NCBI RefSeq assembly: GCF_000012805.1
Contig: NC_007484.1
Span: 1,710,001-1,742,000, forward strand
Direction: 5' to 3'
Length of the DNA: 32,000 nucleotides
Source: Nitrosococcus oceani ATCC 19707
GTDB lineage: Bacteria; Pseudomonadota; Gammaproteobacteria; Nitrosococcales; Nitrosococcaceae
Positions 28,101 to 32,000 of the stretch are shown here, in pieces. Numbering within the stretch: position 1 is the stretch's first letter; every line of letters starts with the position of its first letter. Position numbers and translations under genes: made by a program. The notes beneath the pieces were generated by a model. The model was not told the DNA's origin. It did no database searches and worked only from the letters and a program-made list of their open reading frames with translations.

Positions 28101-29216
28101 CCACAGGCATCAATTCCCGTGCTCCCACGGTATTACCTATTAAATCGATCACCCGAGCGGCGGCAATGTCCCGGTCGTGCGCGCTTCCACAGTGTTCGCA
28201 CGTCCAGGACCGCACCCTCAGCGGCAGCTTCTCCCCTACCGTCCCGCCATCAGGACAAACCCCCGTGGTCCGTTGAAACCTCGGCACAATATTGAGTTGC
28301 CGTCCATACCACTTCGCTTTGTAGGTCAGCTGCCGACGTAGCTCGTACCAGCCGCAGTCCCCAACCGATCGAGCTAGCTTCCCGTTGGCCATCATGCCAC
28401 GCACGTTCAGGTCCTCCATCGCTATGGCTTGGTTTTCGCGTACGATCGAAGTACTCAGTCCGTGCAGAAAGTTCGCCCTCTTGCTGGCTATTCCTTGGTG
28501 GAGTCGCGCTACGCGGCTCCTTTGCTTACACCGATTATTCCCGCCTCTGGCCGCTTTGGCTAAACGGCGCTGGGCAAACTTCAACCGGCGCAAGGCGTTC
28601 TTTAAAAATCTTCTGGGTTTCTCCTTCCTCCCATCACTCATGGCCACCAGAGTCGATAACCCTAAATCGAGCCCAATGGTTTTATCCGTCATGGGTGGGT
28701 AGGTCACGTCGATACCGTTGCACTGGAGCGAGACGAACCATTGCCCGCAAGCATTGCGGCTCACGGTGGCACTGTTGGGCATCACCGCAATAGCCCGATA
28801 GGACCACGCCGCGCGCACCGGGCCGAGCTTGGGCAGGCGCAGCCGCTCGCCTGGAATCAGCACTTTATCCCCGCGGCGCTTATCGAGTTGGAAAGTACAT
28901 GAGCGCACCCGTCCGCGCCGTTTAAACTTCGGGTAGCGGGCCTGCTTTTGAAAAACTTCTGGAAGGCTTCCTCCTGGCTTTTCAGCACATAGGTGAGCAC
29001 CGTCGCGCTGGCAGTCTTGAGAAAAGTTTTCTCTTTCTTGATCGCCGTCAGTTCCCTCGAAAGAGAAATAGCATTCAGGGACTCGCCGTCTTGTTTGTAG
29101 GCGGTGGAGCGCCGGTCAAGCGCCCAATTCCGTACATACCGGCAGGCATTAAACTCTTTCTCTAGCTGCCGCCGTTGCCGGAGTGTGGGGTAGAGTCTTA
29201 ATTGGTACGCTTTCAT
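27976..29216 (-). pseudogene. tnpB: TnpB (RuvC-like RNA-guided nuclease family) split by a 1-nt frameshift in a homopolymer
   Basis: ORF 28857..29216 ('MKAYQLRLYPT...AFQKFFK') and ORF 27976..28908 ('...RSCTFQLD', 'IGLDLGL', 'AIAMEDLNVRGM', 'CEHCGSAHDRD'). Reading the A4 run (T4 at 28946-28949 on the + strand) as A5 gives the contiguous 'FFKKQARYPKFKRRGRVRSCTF'. Confidence 0.85.
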
Positions 29217-29510
29217 ATTCGGAAAACCGCCGTCGCCAAAAATTTAACCTGGCCCTCGCGCTCGATGCGCCACTTCGTTTCGCCTGTCTGCGTGCGGACA
29301 CGCACAGGCAGGCGCTCTCGCTGAAGGGTCGTCGTACTTCCCTGTACTCCTTCTTATGAATCTCTTTTATCTTTAATTCTTTAAAGTATCTTGTGTGCCT
29401 GATTTTCTATTTAACCTGAGTTCTGGATAAACGGAGGGGTGTCTCCTGGACCAGGAATCTGGAAGACTCTCCTGGTGACGACAAGAAAAAACAACCAGCA
29501 GGCACCCGTG

Positions 29511-30200
29511 ATGAGCTCAGAGGCTTTATTTTGTGATGTCGATGATTTTTGCCAAGTCTTTTTACCCCAATGGGATACGAGAGCAACTGACTTGTGGAGA
29601 ACGGCAACGGCGGCGCTCCGCAAGCCTGTCAGTCAGTGAAATCATGACGGTGGTGATCCATCTCACTACCGTCATTTCAAGGGCTATTATCTAGGCTATG
29701 TCAGAGGCCATCTCAAAGGTGCTTTCCCCAAGCTGGTCAGTTATCAACGCTTTGTAGCCCTGACCCCTTCAGGGTTGATTGCCCTGCGTGCTTATCTCCA
29801 GCGGCGTAAGGGTCCAGCCACGGGAGTGGCTTTTACTGATGCCACTTCCATTGCCGTTTGTCATAACCGAGGCATCGACCGCCATCAGGTGTTCAGAAAA
29901 ATCGCCAGACGGGGAAAAACCTCCCTGGGCTGGGTTTTACGGCTTTAAACTGCATTGGGTGATCAAGGACCGGGGCGAGCTGCTCGCTGCAAAAATATGC
30001 ATAATCGGTTCTTGCCCCCCGTTTGATAAGCGCTTGTTGCCCAGGCGCTCGCTTATTGAGACTATTCATGATCAATTCAAAAATATCTCTCAAATTGAGC
30101 ACACTCGTCGTCGCAGCATTGCCAATTTCATGGTTAATTTAGTCGCCGGGATGATTGCCTACACCCATTAGCTGCTCAAACCCTCACTTAACCTGACCAA
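29511..30200 (+). pseudogene. IS982-family transposase relic with several frameshifts/stops and an internal deletion
   Basis: 'MSSEALFCDVDDFCQVFLPQW', 'SEIMTVVIHL', 'HYRHFKGYY...AFPKLVSYQRFVALTP', '[24 protein letters not shown]...RGKTSLGW', '[16 protein letters not shown]' and '[39 protein letters not shown]' follow the IS982 transposase order across three frames. The segment that should carry the second catalytic D region is missing. Confidence 0.8.
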
Positions 30201-30220
30201 TACAGAAGACGGGCCATCAC

Positions 30221-30609
30221 CTATTTTCCCTGTGGCGGCAACGCCAAGACTTTTCTTGCCTCGTTGGGTGTGAATACCACCGGAAGACGCGACGGCTTTT
30301 TTGCCCGTTCCACCTCATCCAGCCATTCCACGTCCTGCTTCAAACCCCCGCGATACAAGAACAGAATGGCGTTGAGCGCCTGATTCTGCGTGGAAGCCGC
30401 CACCTTTCCCTTGACGGCGAGATGGGTTAAAAAAGCACTGATCTCCACTTTGCCCATATCGCCAGGGTGGCGCTTGCCATAGAAAAAAATGAAGCGCTTG
30501 ATCCAACCCCGATACGCTTGTTCTGCGCGGATGCTGTTGTGCCTGACACGAATAGCCGCCCGCACTTGATCGAGGAGCTTAGGTTGAGACTTGGGTTTGA
30601 GATGCTCAT
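30221..30609 (-). pseudogene. Integron-integrase-like tyrosine recombinase, N-terminal (SAM-like) domain only
   Basis: 'KLLDQVRAAIRVRHNSIRAEQAYRGWIKRFIFFYGKRHPGDMGKVEISAFLTHLAVKGKVAASTQNQALNAILFLYRGGL...RLPVVFTPNEARKVL' parallels IntI N-termini (compare 'HYS.RTEQAY..W...FI.FH..RHP'). The frame ends ~115 aa in, with no catalytic domain. The only nearby ATG (30609) is in a different frame. Confidence 0.72.
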
Positions 30610-30865
30610 GCGTATATCACCGATTAGCAAAACTCAATAACTTCAGCTATAGATATGATATCGGCGGTTTTTTCCTGTTTAAGAGAGAGGAGGCGTCTTA
30701 TAAGACGCAGGTCGTAAAATGAATATAAAATAAAGTGGAGGTGCGTATTTGCCAAAACCAATATACGTTGTCAGGGTTAGTAATTATTTGATGTAAGGAT
30801 AGAAATAGGGACTGGATGGTGGTCGGTTGCGTATAAAAAGGCGCAACTTAGTCAGTCAATTTCAT

Positions 30866-30941
30866 GATAGGTCGGCGCGAAGCGCCGACCTATCGGGTCG
30901 AAGTTGACCCCCCGGTCGCCACGGCGGCGCAAAGCGCCGCC
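30866..30941. repeat. Cluster of three consecutive GC-rich hairpins (REP-like)
   Basis: gataggtcggcgc-gaa-gcgccgacctatc lies at 30866-30894, gggtc-gaagtt-gaccc at 30895-30910, and ggcggcgc-aaa-gcgccgcc at 30923-30941. The first and third share the core GGCGC-(G/A)AA-GCGCC and a 3' CTATC. Confidence 0.6.
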
Positions 30942-31101
30942 TATCTCCCGTAGGTAATTTAGGAAGCCAGGTCCAAAGATCTTTTTTAGCAAATTTATTT
31001 GGTAGCGTTAAATTAGGTCTTGTAGTTCTACCCGTTGCTGAGCGCCGAACCCTTGGTTCCTGCTGTGCAGAGCTGCTGATACAACTGCACGAAAATAAGC
31101 T

Positions 31102-31563
31102 GTGTTACCTGAGAGGACTACTACCGTATACATTGATGACAACATCCCCCTTAGCGATGAAGCCAAAGCTCAGCTAGATTCAGTCGGAATCCGCGTTCAT
31201 ACGAATTGCTGTTCAATTGAACACGCCGGCATTCAAGCCGCAGATCATGCATCTCATGCTTTAGGGTCTATGCTCATGGAGCAGATGGGTTTGATAACCA
31301 AACGCGTCAAAGCAGGAGAAAACTCTGGATACCATCCTGACGAATTGATTGAGCTTGGCTTTGAACTATGGGCGAGTCTTCGTTACGCACTATTCGGTAA
31401 CAATGAGTACATAGAGGGGCTTTCATCGCCACCGGATGATCCAGCTAATCCTTATTTTAGAGTCGAGGGTATTGGGTTATACATATCTCCCGACTGCCAA
31501 AAAGATTTAGAGGAGAACTCGCGCCAATGCTTTGGCATCAACTACCTAGGGTGTATCCATTAG
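31102..31563 (+). CDS. Hypothetical protein; possibly a 5'-damaged gene with a weak DUF3800-like 'IQAADHASHALG' motif
   Basis: 153-codon ORF in AT-richer DNA. It has a GTG start with no obvious SD, and a stop lies two codons upstream. The motif resemblance is weak and from memory. Confidence 0.35.
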   Translation: MLPERTTTVYIDDNIPLSDEAKAQLDSVGIRVHTNCCSIEHAGIQAADHASHALGSMLMEQMGLITKRVKAGENSGYHPDELIELGFELWASLRYALFGNNEYIEGLSSPPDDPANPYFRVEGIGLYISPDCQKDLEENSRQCFGINYLGCIH

Positions 31564-32000
31564 TATGAGCATCAAGCCCATGCTCGCATATGCATCTATT
31601 ACCCAGGAGAACCCACCAGTCAACTCCCCGATTCGGCTTATAGCAGATTAATAATGGTATATTCGTTAGATGATTTAACTAATCTGTTGATTGGAGATCG
31701 AGCTAGATCGACTGTTTCAATTCTGATTGAGGCTGCCGCTAATGCCCTAGGCTTAATAGGTAATGATCTTCGAGCCCCAAGTAAAAAGATGGACCAATTT
31801 GTTGACTCCTACATAGTCAGTGGACGGGATCTCATAGCATCTGCTTAGGTTGCTAAGGACGAAACAGTGCAAAGAACATTATTAGTTCAGGCGATATCAA
31901 AATTAACACAGGGTGCAGCAGCAACCACTGACCTTTATGCTCAAGCTACTGCTCAATATTTTATTGGTGTGTGCTTTTTTGTTTACGGGAATAGGATAAC

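Larger units (their letters stand above)
27925..29345 (-). mobile_element. IS200/IS605-family tnpB-only element (IS1341-like organisation); ends are approximate
   Basis: tnpB plus GC-rich flanks carrying imperfect subterminal hairpins: 29281-29314 on the 5' side and 27938-27954 on the 3' side. There are sharp GC drops beyond ~29345 and ~27925. No Y1 tnpA is present. Confidence 0.6.

Noticed and set aside
29217-29345. An open - strand frame, 'LQRERLPVRVRTQTGETKWRIEREGQVKFLATAVFRI', upstream of tnpB as a coding remnant such as the missing integrase C-terminus
   Set aside because: It has no start codon and no match to tyrosine-recombinase motifs. It coincides with the hairpin-bearing left end of the IS200/IS605 element.
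29411-30197. The direct 9-nt repeat TTAACCTGA (29411-29419 and 30188-30196) as a target-site duplication of the IS982 relic
   Set aside because: The right-hand copy lies inside the conserved transposase C-terminus ('KPSLNLT'), so it is within the element rather than flanking it. It is better grouped with the TTAACCT word enrichment.
30315-30630. ORFs 30427..30630 (67 aa) and 30315..30506 (63 aa) as genes
   Set aside because: They are alternative frames of the integrase-like fragment. Only the 30221..30565 frame carries recombinase motifs.
30841-30909. A canonical integron attC site (R'' GCGCAAC ... R' GTTGACC) around the first hairpin
   Set aside because: R'' and R' each deviate from RYYYAAC/GTTRRRY and pair at only 5 of 7 positions. 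The L''/L' region would need a ~10-nt unpaired bulge. The central stem is a perfect palindrome rather than the imperfect attC type. REP-like is the safer description.
1-32000. CRISPR arrays, tRNA genes or rRNA genes anywhere in the window
   Set aside because: I saw no regularly spaced direct repeats with unique spacers, no cloverleaf or T-loop (GGTTCGAAT-like) candidates in the intergenic regions, and no rRNA-like stretches. The scan was by eye only, so small RNAs could be missed.

Overview
Bacterial chromosomal window with moderate GC and a gammaproteobacterium-like gene set. A marine or halophilic Chromatiales such as Nitrosococcus is only my guess. The left ~21 kb is mostly core genes. These are a TolC-like outer-membrane lipoprotein plus a Tat-exported multicopper oxidase, a CAP-domain secreted-protein gene broken by a 22-bp tandem duplication, hemH, pcm and an MFS transporter. 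Next come a tightly coupled DUF785 (retropepsin-like)-rimK-AstE/AspA-like operon, ptsP (EI-Ntr), and a GDE-like glucosidase with a GT4 glycosyltransferase. A long acyl-CoA dehydrogenase, an MBL-fold hydrolase and a DksA/TraR zinc-finger protein complete this part. The right ~10 kb is an osmoadaptation locus: an MHS/ProP-like transporter, then ectD, ectB and ectA, with no ectC. It is embedded in mobile-element remains from several families: one near-intact IS200/IS605 tnpB copy (two more relics lie at 10.8-11.7 kb), an IS5-family relic, an IS982-family relic and a truncated integron-integrase-like gene. An IS1-like fragment lies at the left window edge. A more AT-rich tail with orphan ORFs follows at the right edge. 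I recognised no rRNA, tRNA or CRISPR array. All family calls come from motif recognition by eye on the supplied translations and sequence; no searches were run.
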